Origin: Octopus sinensis
Taxonomy: Eukaryota
Assembly (NCBI RefSeq): GCF_006345805.1
Contig: NW_021832829.1
Location: 587,712 to 651,711, forward strand
Reading direction: 5' to 3'
DNA length: 64,000 nt
How positions within the stretch are numbered: position 1 is the stretch's first letter; every line of letters begins with the position of its first letter. The notes under the pieces were generated by a model. That model searched no databases and was not told where the DNA came from. It was given only the letters and a program-made list of their open reading frames with translations. Made by a program: the position numbers and the translations under genes. Below, in pieces: positions 1 through 12,157 of this stretch.

Positions 1-793
1 ATGACTCATCAGTGATGAGTCATCACATTTTGGTATGTTTTTGAAAGCCCATCGCAATGCACATTGATTGGTCATGGATGACTCATTAATAATGTACCCT
101 GGAGATGTCAATCTGTCTCAATTAGTAAGTCGACCACAAATGATATGCATTTACAGACCCCCAAATACTTTAAAAGAATTCATAATTATACTCCCGCATT
201 TTCAAACTAGTCAAGTCGGTCAGACAAAATTCACATCCGTGTTGACGGTGTTTCAGGAAATGTCTGATTTGGTGAACATATTTTACCATGTGTGATAAGG
301 AAAATAAAGTTGTATACTATAACACAAAGATACGCACTTTTACGTGCTGAACTTTTATTTTTTGTTATATAAAGCTGTTTGGCTGAAAAAATTAATTGTC
401 GGCAGGTGCCTGGAAGACGGCGCCGGCTGTCCAAACCTGAACACAGACAATAGTTTGGATGCAAAGGTGTGATTTTCCTTTAGTATCCCTGTTCCTAATA
501 TTTAGTCAAAGTTTAAACAAATTATGAATTCTAATTAACATAATGTTAATTTTTACATTGTACACTGTGTTCGTGCAGAATAAATCTATTGCTAACCTAC
601 TCAGTCTGTCAAAAGCATACACTGAAAAGTAGACTACGGAAAATAATGGCAATTCCTTAACCTTCCTTAGAGAATGTGAAAACGAGTTTTTATCTAACTT
701 AAAAGATGTGATGAAATTTCTAATGACTCAAGGCCGCCTACAAGGAAAATTCCAAACATCAAAGTCAAAAAGGACTTAATTGAGGAACTAAAT

Positions 794-1875
794 TTGGTGA
801 TTAAAAAATATTGTCAAACATTCTCTTCACTATTTATTGATCAAATCTCAACAGTAATATACGCGGGACAATGTGCCTACCAAGAAATGACAAAGAATGT
901 GAGGACAACCAACGACTGGAAGGTCAATATGGTTAATCGGAGAAATTCAAATAAAGTCCGGGATCATACAGGGAGACCCTTTATCCCACAGTTATTTACG
1001 CTTGTAATGGACCCATTGAGCCGATTTCTTTCTGCAAAGTATCTCAAAGTGAGTATCCATGAACCCAGAGCAGAATCGGAGATATATTCAACAAACCACC
1101 TATTATTCGTTGATGACCTAAAAATTTTGGCGGAAAAACAAGAAACGATATCTATGATGATAAATGACATCGACATGTTTTTTGCTGATATTGGCCTTGA
1201 AAGAAATCATGAAAAATCTGCCACCGATTGCACAACTCTTGCTAATAAAGAGACTATACTGGACGGAATTGACGGATACCAATATTTGGGAGTCTTGGTG
1301 TACACGAAGAGACACAATGAAGTCGTAAGATTCTTGCATCTCCACTTATGTCGCCTCTTTGGATTAAAATCAACAAAAAGGATAAAATCACACGATGTGG
1401 TAGAAATCATAGTGGACACTACGATAAAAACAGAACTAAAGGTACAATTCAGTAAACCTGACATTTTTGTCTATGACAAAAAAGAAAACATGATAACAAT
1501 CATTGAAGTAGGAATTACGTCGCAAGACAACTTGCGAATGGTAGAAATGGAAAAGCTTCACAAATACTACCTACCCCCAAGTGAGATCAGACTGTTACAT
1601 CGTGCCAAAGTACAAATTGTACTAATTGTTTTGACGTGGGATGCAATTAAAAGCAAATTCTACCCGAAATATTGCCAATAACTGAAATTAAATCATACAT
1701 ACTGTCTGTTGTTCTCAGAGCAACCTACGAAAGCATGAACACAGGATACAAATTTGGGCTTACCAATAGCGTCGGAAAGGACACCACCGATACATTGTGT
1801 GTCGATACTAGCGATTCCCGCACTCCCAGAGCTAATATGTCCCAGAGCGGGAACAAGAGACAGAAATTGGAATGA
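794..1875 (+). mobile_element. Degenerate RLE-type non-LTR retrotransposon (R4/Dong-like): RT fragment fused by internal deletion to the PD-(D/E)xK endonuclease
   Basis: ORF 794-1681 has RT motifs (PQLFTLVMDPL, NHLLFVDDLKI, YQYLGV), then RHNEVVRFLHLHLC and KPDIFVYDK...IIEVGIT...EKLHKY. The tail continues in ORF 1672-1875. Confidence 0.85.
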
Positions 1876-2806
1876 CCAAATTACTAACACTATACCTAAA
1901 CTATCAAATAACTAAACTTAATAACTATGAAAAAAAATTAATTACATAATAACTATACAATGAAAAGCGGAAATTGGTTTCGATTTTCTTTGATTCATAC
2001 TGACAAGTTTCGACAATTGGGACGAAGGTTGGACTTGTCAGAAGAACGCAATTAATGGAAATTATCCTAATTAATAACAGGAAAAAATGTTAATAAGTAA
2101 TTTCGTAAACAACTCGACATTAATCCGCCAAGTATTCTAACATGTACGTTAAAAATAAATACTCAACTGAGTGGGATTATATTTTAAAATCATTAAAACA
2201 TTCGCTCTGTATTTATCAGATTTTAGATAACGTTTTAAAAACTCGAAAAATCAATAGGTATAATCGATTCTTAGTTTTTTCGAATCCCAGACATGCACAG
2301 TACTCAAATTGGGGGATTAACTACTGACTATATTAAAAGTATTCAAAGCGATCAAGAAATACTAGAGTGTGTTTGGTCATCCAGATTCCGTAGTATTCTC
2401 AGTTAGACTTCAACATTGGACTTGTCTTAACGCATAGAAAATCTATGTTTTTTCTTGATGCTGCTCTCTAATGTTTTTCGACGGTTTCTTTTTTTATTCG
2501 CAGGGAATTAAAGTTGTTTACTATTCCTTTCCTATAAAAACCACCATGAATAATTCTTATTTTATTTCAATAACTCATTTAAGTGAGGTATAATAGGAGA
2601 CAAAAGTAGTCGACACATGATCAATGATATAAAAAGCTGTGAGATCACTTAAAAAACTTAGAAAACCCCTAGAATTAATTTGTTCAAATCCGCGGGAGGA
2701 TGCCTGCTGTAAATAAAATAATCAAAAAGAAAAAAACTGATCAACTAAATAAACGGGCCTTCTACTCGGAGCCTACTCCAGTCAATTGGCTCACTAATGG
2801 AAAGGG

Positions 2807-2889
2807 TTACCGGCGACCTGTGTGAGCACCGGTATTTAACCGAAAGAATAGTTATAATCAGAGGCAATACTCTGGCTATCTGCCAATGA
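2807..2889 (+). mobile_element. CRE-like RLE non-LTR retrotransposon, extreme 3' fragment
   Basis: Reads TGDLCEHRYLTERI..IIRGNTLAICQ*, the QR(I/L)SIAIQRGN-type C-terminus. A near-identical copy lies at 15468-15558. Confidence 0.7.
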
Positions 2890-3099
2890 CCAGTTTTCTC
2901 TAGTCCTTTTATTAATTGATAATAAATTAATTGATCAATTAGCAAAACACACAATGCGGTCATTCAAACCTATAAGTGGCTGAAACATCTGAAAGAAATT
3001 ACAGAGATATAAAATAAAAGACATTAGACTGTTTTCTGGTTATCCCCTTTCAGGTAATTACAAAAAATATAGAAATCAAAACAGATATTAAAAGCGATT

Positions 3100-3800
3100 G
3101 TTTGGAATAAAACATTGACAAAAGATTTTTTCGAAACAAATCTCAAAAACATAAAATAACTCACATTTCGAATAATGTTATGGAAACAACAAAAACTTAT
3201 CACGTACTGTCACGGAAATGTTTTCGCAAAATGACGACAAAATTTCCTTAGAAAACAATGCTTGCTCTATAACTAAGGTCTCGAAAAAGTTTTAAACAAA
3301 TTGCTGACCTTGCCTCACAATCTAGTTAATGTGATACAAACGAATCATTGTGATATATTGAAAATTTCATATTTTAGGTTTTAAAAAAGTGCATAAAATA
3401 AAAATATTGAAAGAACCATCAGAGAAAACATGAATAACTTTATTTGAGAATGTACTATGGCAATAACCTCATTTGTTTAAATATCACACGAAAGAGAGAT
3501 GGACTTTAAACATGTGAAATTTTCTTATATGCGATTAAAACCTGTAAATTAAAAAGATGAAAGCCACTTTAAGATGTTTAGATCCGACGGAAAGCGATAT
3601 AGACAACTATGCTTATTGAAAAAACTTTGTCCACTTCAAAAACGTGTAATTTAACCAAAACAACATCAACTTTCGCTATCACCTGATCGAAACCTAATCG
3701 AAAACGTTTAGAAGAAAGTTTTATAAAATTAGAAAAAAGGAATGGATAAACTTAGTGTAATAATTGACTAAATAATTATCTCTCTGAACAAAATGATTAT
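3100..3800 (+). mobile_element. Highly degenerate Tc1-like transposase remnant
   Basis: SPDRNLIENV near 3680-3710 resembles the Tc1 SPDLNPIEN(V/L)W motif. The rest is riddled with stops and the boundaries are approximate. Confidence 0.4.
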
Positions 3801-3864
3801 TTCTAAATTAATGTATATTATAATTGGAAAAAAAATAAAAAGGAATAAAAGATAGCGGTGTGTT

Positions 3865-6005
3865 ATGGTGGAGGAGTTCAAAGCTTCGTTGCGAGACCTG
3901 ACGGGGAACAGCAAGCCAATGATCCGATTCCTGACATGTCTGGCGGAAGACTACATAGAGGAAGCCCCAGAAATAGTGAAGGCGATAGAAGAAAGAATAT
4001 CGTTGGTGTCAACGCGTGAGAAACTGTCCTTGTTGTACTTGATGGACTCGGTTATAAAGAGCACTGAGAATGGGACATATGCTAGTCTGTTCGCAGGGAA
4101 TGTAGTGTGGACATTCCAAGCAGTGTTTAATGGGGTAAGGAGGGGAGTGATTTGTAGGCGGACGAAAGATTAAAGCAGGATTTGTTCAAACTACGCAAGA
4201 CGTGGATTGACGTGTTCCCCGAGGACGTGCTGTGGCGATTGGACGAGGAATTGAACAGGCAAGACGGAGCGTGGCCAGTGAACCGACCTGTGGAGGACAG
4301 ACTACGGAAAATGGAGGCGGAACTGGCGGCGGCGAACAAATTGATAGCGAAACTGCAGGGAGAACTGGGGAAAGTGAGGCCATTCTTATTGCCGAATCCG
4401 GGTAAACTGCCGGAGGAGGTGGAGAATGACCCTCGCTATGGTCAGTTGTATCAGAGTGAGGGAGATGAAGAATTGGTGATCAATGAAGTGTCCTTCCCAC
4501 TCACAATCGGGTCCTCAAGGGTGGTAGACGTGGGGTCCATCCGCCGAGTTCATGTGGAGTGTGATCGGGCCGGGAGAGTGCTCGTCGATGGACGCACAGT
4601 CTACAATATTGGCGAGCCTATTCGAGATGTCCAAATCCGCTCCACTCGCTGCAAAGTTTTTTTCCATGGAGCATTCCGTCCCCTGTGGATTGACTCCTCC
4701 CTCGTGGAGGCCAGGGCAGACGCACCTCCCATGCAGTATGGCAGATGGGAGATCAGAGTGGACAGTCCAACTAATAATGTAATCATCGACGGACAAGTCG
4801 TCGCTCAGTACGGTGGTTCTCCTGTCACCCTTCCTGATGGACACCAACTCAGATTCCGTCCACCTCCCAAAATGGTCATCATCGACGGCCGACACCACAC
4901 TGTCGTATTCGATGAGCTTATTCCCTTCGTCTATGTCGCTCACCAGGCTAGAGCTGTCTCCTTCTTCCCCGGGTTCCGTGATCTCACAATTGACCACACC
5001 ACCTACACTCTCGACTTGACTAAGCCCACACAACTCGACATTGATGGGGTCACCAGGACTGTCTCCTTCGGTGGGCCTTGTCACGAGTTGATCATTGGCC
5101 ACATGTTCTATGAAATTGGTTTTGGCGACCCTCCTAGAGTTGTCCATTTGTTCGGACTCCCTCACTCCATTGCCTTGTCTGGTCTCTTCTTTCTTGTATT
5201 CCAGGCCCTGTCCCACAGATCAAACTTCTCGCTGAGATCCCCGCCTTCACCTACCAATTCAAGGCCGGGAAGTACACACAATCACAACCCACCACTCTAG
5301 TTGATCTATTCTCCATATTGTAGGCTGACAATGAAGGGGCACTCATTAACCGACACATTCCGGTTTGTTTTTCCAATCAAATGTAGGGGCAACAGACAGC
5401 AAATGAGAGAAAGGTATTTTAAAGTGTTAATGACTTGTATTTTGATGAATAAATCTTTTGTTGTTTGATATGTGTGATAGGGGGACAGTCCGGTCGATCT
5501 CACTCTGGAGAGTCTATCGAGGTACTCCCACTTTGTATTGTCCTAGACCCCCTGATGCATTTGTGAGGACTCTCTACGACGGTGTGGCCTGTGGGTCATG
5601 TGCATTTCGCTTCAGGGACGGGCAGGCTGAGTTGTACAAGAGACACCTGGACAGACACTTTCGAGCTAACCAACTGGTGGAGAAGAGGAGTGCAGTGACC
5701 ACATGTCGGGACCTATACAAGAAGCACGCTGTAGTGGTGTGGTGATTATTGGTAGGACTGGATTTGGGGTGTGGAGACCAGAAGTTGTAGTCCTGAGGCC
5801 GCAGTTGTTAGTGGATGTGAGGACGTACAGATTGGGTGTACAAGTCGATGTTGTGTGTGCAATGAGGGGTTGGAGGCACTATGGTGTGAGGAGGACGAGG
5901 GCTGGGTCCTCAAAGATGCCATCCGCGTGGGTGAATTGGTAGTTATCTTTTTTCGGATGTTCTTAGAACTACCACCGAAAGTGTTACGATGGATATGTTA
6001 TATGA
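3865..6005 (+). CDS. PCF11: Pre-mRNA cleavage complex II protein Pcf11 (CID domain, central IDG-repeat region, two C-terminal zinc fingers), 9 exons
   Basis: CID: LRDLTGNSKPMIRFLTCLAED...LYLMDSVIK...LFKLRKTW. ZnF1: LYDGVACGSCAFRF...HLDRHFRAN. ZnF2: CCVCNEGLEALWCEEDEGWVLKDAIR..YHRKCY. One open frame results after removing GT-AG introns 4135-4157, 5182-5204, 5300-5323, 5363-5386, 5414-5480, 5522-5546, 5731-5755 and 5939-5966. Stop TGA at 6003-6005. Confidence 0.93.
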
Positions 6006-8099
6006 TTGTTTTTTTGAACTGTTACACTTTTAGACAATACTGATTAAATCTTGGCTATAGTAGTGTAGATGAGTTAGCACGTGAATAAATAACTAGAATA
6101 GTGTGTTGATCCAAATCTATATACAAATCTTTATTGCAGATTTGAGTATCAAAAAAAGTTGAAAAAATTATAGTACATCCAGCTCCTATTTTTCAGTCTC
6201 TTACCGTCGGTAACTGTACTTCATAATGAAAATTTCTCTTTGGAATATGATAAGGGGAAGGTAGGAAATTCCCTTTCTACAACTGTCCACAACAGCCCGG
6301 AGTACGTTTGATTTAAGTCTATTTATTACATTAAAAAATCTAAACATGTTTTATGGCAGCGTTCAGGAATCTCTAGTTATATTCGCCATATCTAGAATAT
6401 TAATTTTATTTCTATCCATAATGTACATACCTCTATGATTCCCGTATTGGAGTATAATGGGACTCATCTCCTGAAACTCCGCCAACAGATTTCTTCTAAA
6501 TAATTCGATTTTCACTAATCCATCAAATTCTACAAAATTAAATAAACATAAATACTTTTAAACTACATGTTGTTTTGATCATGCAACGTTTCTCTGAAGT
6601 CAGCAGTCAATACTACCCCTTCTCGGAACCAGGCACAGACTATAGTTGTTCCGAATTTCTGTTAATTGAAAGTTATAAACAAATCTCCGTTACTCGCCAC
6701 TTTAAAATGAATTGTTTTCTTTCTTTTTTAATAGAATATTACCTATTTTTTGATTCGTATCTAAAATTTGTATTTGATGCAATCGCGGATGCGACCTATA
6801 TTGTTAAAGGTTGGTTAATTTTATTGAACTTAAATAAAAATCTGTTCAATTTGTACATATATACACGGAACTTGTTTTCCGATAACTTGGTCAATTTTGT
6901 ATTCCTCACAAAGTGGTTTTTATTTCAGAATTTTTAAACTCTGCCACTATCAGTAGGAGAATAAGTTTCCCCGGTTAACACAAAATGTGTCATCTACGAT
7001 TCAGATACTCTCATTAGCTGATTTGGTAAGCAAATTGTAAATTTTAAAATAGAAACTATTAATTCGATTGTTAAGTACCCAGGAATAACTGTCATTTTGT
7101 GTCGAATATCTTTTTAAATTAATAAGATCTACAATAGTGGAGGAGGCAAAAATATTTGTTATTAATGATCTATAGTTACAAGCGTTCGTTTTGACTAGAA
7201 TTAATAAAATTAGTAATTTACCTGACAATAAACACACAGAAGAACGCTTAGAGTGTCGATAAACTATACCAGGGATGGCAAAGATTTTCAGCCGATGTAC
7301 CAAAAATAAAAAATTTACAATTTTAGGTGTGGCCAGCAAAATTATTATTTAAAAAGCAGATTAAAAATTTAAAAAGGCGACTAAAACGGATTGCATTTAA
7401 AGAATCATTTACTAAAATAATTATTTATCTTCTTCAAAAAAACCATTTATTTAGGTGAAAAGTGTAACCATTAATTTAATTAGATATTATTTAAGATAGG
7501 TTCGTAACTTGATGTTTTAACTATTAAACATGCAGAACTAGATTCTTCATTTAATCAATTTCTCAAGCTTCCTTTGACAAAATTTATTTCTGAAAATCGA
7601 GATTCGCAGGCATACGTCGATTAAAAAATTGTTATTATCGCGATCTCTAATTTTTTAAACAGCAAAACATACCGTACCGTCAGTATTTCTTCTTGTGAGG
7701 TCTTTTAGATAATTGATCATTTTCAATTATTTCCAAAGTATTTCTCAAATCAACAAATTTTTGTTTCCAAATAGAACTGTAATGTAGATTTATTATCTGC
7801 ATTTCCAGATCTTCAAAATTATAGAATCTTAAAATTAAGTTTATCGAATGTAATTAAATCTGGATATATTATAAATTTTGATGTTTGGGAAAATAGTTTT
7901 AATTCAAAAAATCTCAAAGAAAATTCATGAATTACTGACTAAATTAACGATGAAAATTTTAGAATTTGTTTAGGTAGATCTATTTTTTTCATGGACAAGT
8001 AAATCTAATTTCAGGAATTTTTTTTGCATTTTTAAAATTGTTGGAAAGTACATCAAGGTTAAAAACAACCAATTTGGCCTCAAATGCCTAAATTGAATC

Positions 8100-9270
8100 A
8101 ATCGTGTGATATAATAATTTATTACCACCTTGCAAATTTAAGTTCAATTCATTTAAATGGCACGTAAAATCTGCCAGAAATGTTAGTTTAAGGATCCATT
8201 CAAGGTCCATTAATTATGGATACTTATCAATTACCGTTTTACTCTGTAAAAATATTTGCACTTCATCAAAACACTGGAAAAATCGTTCAAAAACTTTTCC
8301 ACGGCTCAACTATCTTACGTTGTTATACACAATTAATCCTTTTAGCAGATTATAAATATTTATAAAAACCCATATGTATCGAATTTACTTCATTAATAAT
8401 GTCTGAAATTTTCTTTTATTTAAGGACCGAGCAGATATGAAGTTAATTATTTTTGTGGCAACGATTGTAATGTGTTCGAATGGCTCGAATCCAGATTTTG
8501 CACATAAAACCTGAAGGCTGTAAAAAAACGAATAACCTGTTGATGAATGATGCAAAAAAGACCAAGAACTGGATGCTGTGTAAGTAAGCTGACAAAGCCA
8601 TTATTCTTTCCAATCATAATGGGTGCAACATCCGTGGTTATTGATACTATTTTTACAACTGTGTTAAAAATATCGACTTCTTTATTAGTTGTTGCTAATG
8701 CTGGCAAACACGATAATTCTTCAATAATAATATTCACGACTCAATATCTGACAAAAATTGCTAGGCGCGACAATACAGCTATGTCAGTACTTTGGTCAAC
8801 ACAAAGGGAAATGAAATTACAAGACTTAATATCTTTACTTTGTCGATGAGAGATATTTTCACTCATCACCAAAATTCTTTCCTTTACCGTGTTTCGTGAG
8901 AGGGGAATTATCCACGCTTCTTTTATATATTCACCATCCGAAAAAGGCTTCCCATGCTTCGCAATAACGTAGCTAGCACTGATTGAATCAAATTGACTGT
9001 TAACGAGTGTTCTGAGTGATTCTGATTATTGAGAGTTCTTTTTTAACTGAGATGCAATTGTTTCTCTTTGTTCATCCTTAGTTTTCTCAGATAATGATTT
9101 GCGAATAGTTCGAAAATGGCGTTTTATAGAAGATGTTCGGCAAGCAATTTGGCCGGAGCACAACACACATAAAGCTTTGTCTCCTAAAAATAAAATATTA
9201 ACCTCTGTTTAGCAAATCGGACGCAGTGTGTGCTGCCCGTATTGTAGTCTTACATACAACGGGAGACTGT
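8100..9270 (-). mobile_element. hAT transposase remnant (Charlie/SPIN, GTF2IRD2-like), with many stops and frameshifts
   Basis: Minus-strand pieces: ALCVLCSGQIACRTSSIKRHF, IAKHGKPFSDGEYIKEA, SLCVDQSTDI and ISITTDVAPIMIGKNNGFVSLL..LFCIIHQQ. Confidence 0.8.
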
Positions 9271-9283
9271 CCAGTCGGTCACC

Positions 9284-10420
9284 ATGAGTTTTTTCCTCAA
9301 AATATTGGAGAATTGCCTCTCCTCGTGTGCCTCCAAGGTGCTATATGATGTGCATTTCCCAGTTCATGAATCTTGTGCAAATTCGGGGGAACCCGATTCG
9401 CATATTGACGAGGAAGGTGCACGTTTTGGCAGTTTTGGAGTTTATTTCTAACATTTACAGTGGGAACTGCCCACTGATCGAGGTGTATTTGTAATGGACT
9501 GTTCGATGAGGTAAATCTGCCATTGAGGATGATCCTGATTATCCCACAACAATTTGCCACCATCTCCCGCCTGTCTTCAATATGTCCATCAGCCATTTCT
9601 TATGGCTATCAGTAGAGAACACGTGGTGAAGGAAATATAGGTTGGTGGTCGACTTATGGTAGGATTTGTTCTTCCTGTTCCCCACCATTCACTCCTCCAT
9701 TGCTGTGTGCACAGACTACTCGGACATGTTCTCCTATTCAACTCGATCGAAATAAGGATGCTGGCCAAACAGGCCATTCTCGACTACCGACTTGTCCACA
9801 AACTCATTGATGTGTGCGAAGAGGAGATGGGGTCATTCTACTCCAATAGAAGACGCGAAATGATTGCTCAGGCGGGTGATATGGTCATGCTAATCAACGA
9901 CTTGGGCAGACATGACCCCCATGTTCACCCTCCCACACTATTCTAGTAGACTTGATGGCCGTTCTGAGAGACAGGTGAACTACTTTCTGCCAACAATACT
10001 TACACAAGTATGGCAATGACAGCAAATGCAAGGTGACCCACTCTTTGCACATTAGATGAACAACTCAGTCGACAGTGAGGAGATATACGACCTGTCCGAC
10101 GTGGATGAATTGGTCATCTCCCTCCCTCACCTCACCAGGCCTACCACGAATTCCTCAAACTGTCCTGCCGACTTCCCGATCTGCCCACGTTGAGTATTCC
10201 AGTCATGACATGTCCGGACATGATGCCCCATCTCCATTTCACGTTTGAATTGAACGGTATGGCCAAGTTGTCCTGCTTCAAAGCGATTGTCTTCTTTTTA
10301 ATCTTTTATCAGATGTAAAAAGGAACATAACGCACTTCGCACCGTTAACAACGAGCCTTTTATCGATTGGCCAAAGAGGAAGGCTTTCAGAGGTCTTCTA
10401 GATCTCCCGATCCCGTGAGG
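9284..10420 (+). pseudogene. SAPS-domain (PP6 regulatory subunit, PPP6R/SAP185-like) C-terminal part, disrupted, with micro-introns
   Basis: DLFFLFP/HHSLLHCCVHRLLGHVL resembles DLFFKYTWNNFLH..V, and RDR*TTFC resembles RERWETFC. 22-26 nt GT-AG introns are present (e.g. 10043-10065). Lesions: TAG 9638-9640, a missing C near 9681, TGA 9976-9978. The 5' part is absent and the end is approximate. Confidence 0.6.
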
Positions 10421-10467
10421 CCAATACAATGTCATCCGTATAAGATAGGACAACATCATTATTGTCG

Positions 10468-10700
10468 TCAGGGAATTAATCTATCGATTTCTGGATCCCT
10501 TGACGAAAGACACGCTCGAATATCATGAACAACATTCAGCCTCGCACGATGAACTGATTTTAAACTAAACAACGATGAAAATCCTTGTTCGCAGAGATAT
10601 GTAGTCGGAAACAAAAGCAAAAAATCGATTATATAAAATCCAATGTTGTGATATTTTGATATCATTTTGCACCAAAATTCAATTAATGGTGCAGATTCAA
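10468..10700 (-). mobile_element. hAT (Buster/Charlie) C-terminal dimerisation domain fragment
   Basis: LLLFPTTYLCEQGFSSLFSLKSVHRARLNVVHDIRACLS. Confidence 0.78.
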
Positions 10701-11090
10701 ATAAGATTTTTGACTCGTGAGAATTTATTAATTCAATTTAAAATTTTCTATTTCATTTAATTTTAGATGGCACATGTTATCATTCAACTTATTAAACATA
10801 GTAAAATTGGAATTTGGGTTAAAATTAGAATTTGTTGTATTAATCTTAGGAGGTTGGTGATTTAAAGCTTGGGCAAATGATTAAAGACAAGCAGTCAATT
10901 TTTACATCGACACGCCTTTTATGATTAAAAATAAGATTTTTGGATCTATAAGAATTGCATTTCGAGTATATAAATCTTATGTTTGAAGTAGTTTGTCGTG
11001 ATGAATTAAAAGATATTTTATCGGACAACTTTTCCATTATTCATTTTATAAATTAAATTGGATGGATACAGATATCCGAAGGTTTTAGAA

Positions 11091-12073
11091 CAGGGGTGCG
11101 CAAGTGCGGCCGTGAGTCGATGAATGTGCGGCCGTGGGCACAATTAGGTCATCGAATATATCTTTGCAAGGTAAAGACCAAACAATTTGTCGAATGTATA
11201 AAAAAATTAACGATTTTATGGATACATGCCGCCTACTGAAGATTCACATAGAAAAAAATGAATTATTTCATTTTCAAAAAGTCAAAAATCTCATTGATGA
11301 CAAAATAATTAATTATGACGATCTTACACCAAATACATTTAATACTATATTCGATTATATTTTGAAACAATTTAAAGAGCGATTTAACGAATTTAAAAAA
11401 ATTGAACTCAAACTTCAATTAACTGCAGCACCACATACTGTTTCGATTGAGAATGCGCCATTGGAATTTCAAATTGAATTATTGAAATTAAAAAATGATT
11501 TAATTTTGATAAATAAATTTAATGAAAGCGAAGATTTGTTGAATGTATGGAAATCAGCGACAGATTATCCAAATTTACGTGAAATGGCAAGAAATATTCT
11601 CGTTTTATTCGGAAGCACATATTAATGTGAGTCTACATTTTCCAAAATGAAATATTTAAAAAGTCAATATAGATCTCGGATAACGGATGCAAACTTAGAG
11701 TCATGTTTGCGCATAATGATATCTACCCTACCAGTGGATTTCAATAAGCTCGCAAAAAATACCAAAGATCCTGGCTGTCATTAGAATAACTTGTATAATA
11801 CATTTCTTTTAATTAATTTTCCTTCTTTCTTATCTTTTGTCCATGAAATAATTATTTATTTAAATAATATGATGTCCCTGATGAACGAGAGCATTTCCTG
11901 TCCAAGAACTCATTCGGTCTCGATGACAATGGGCAACTTATGCGGTCACTTTTAATAATTAAAAAAAATTACTATATTAATATCGAAAAAATAATGCAGA
12001 AAATGTGCGGCCGTGGAAGAGAAGGAAAAAAAATGCTATGCGGCCGCAAACCCAAAAAGCTTGCGCATCCCTG
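11091..12073 (+). mobile_element. Internally deleted hAT element (SPIN/Charlie type)
   Basis: 14-bp TIRs CAGGGGTGCGCAAG / CTTGCGCATCCCTG, perfect 8-bp TSD TTTTAGAA, and subterminal TGCGGCCG repeats at both ends. ORF 11134-11625 is followed by FGSTY*CESTFSKMKYLKS. Confidence 0.92.
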
Positions 12074-12157
12074 TTTTAGAAGATAAAAATAGCAACGTTC
12101 TAAAAAATAAAATTACAGAAAAAATCTATGAAGTTAGTTAGTAGCCCCAAACTCCCT

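Noticed and set aside
68-295. Possible LINE apurinic endonuclease fragment (ICIYRPPN)
   Set aside because: It is a single short motif with no supporting neighbouring motifs.
4515-5216. Long antisense ORF and other overlapping ORFs over PCF11, the RT at 46035-46394 and similar
   Set aside because: These are shadow ORFs of GC-richer coding strands with no recognisable motifs.
6100-8100. Possible micro-intron gene(s) in the AT-rich stretch after PCF11
   Set aside because: Several GT..AG candidates exist, but I could not assemble a stop-free or recognisable product by hand. It needs RNA-seq or ab initio prediction trained on short introns.
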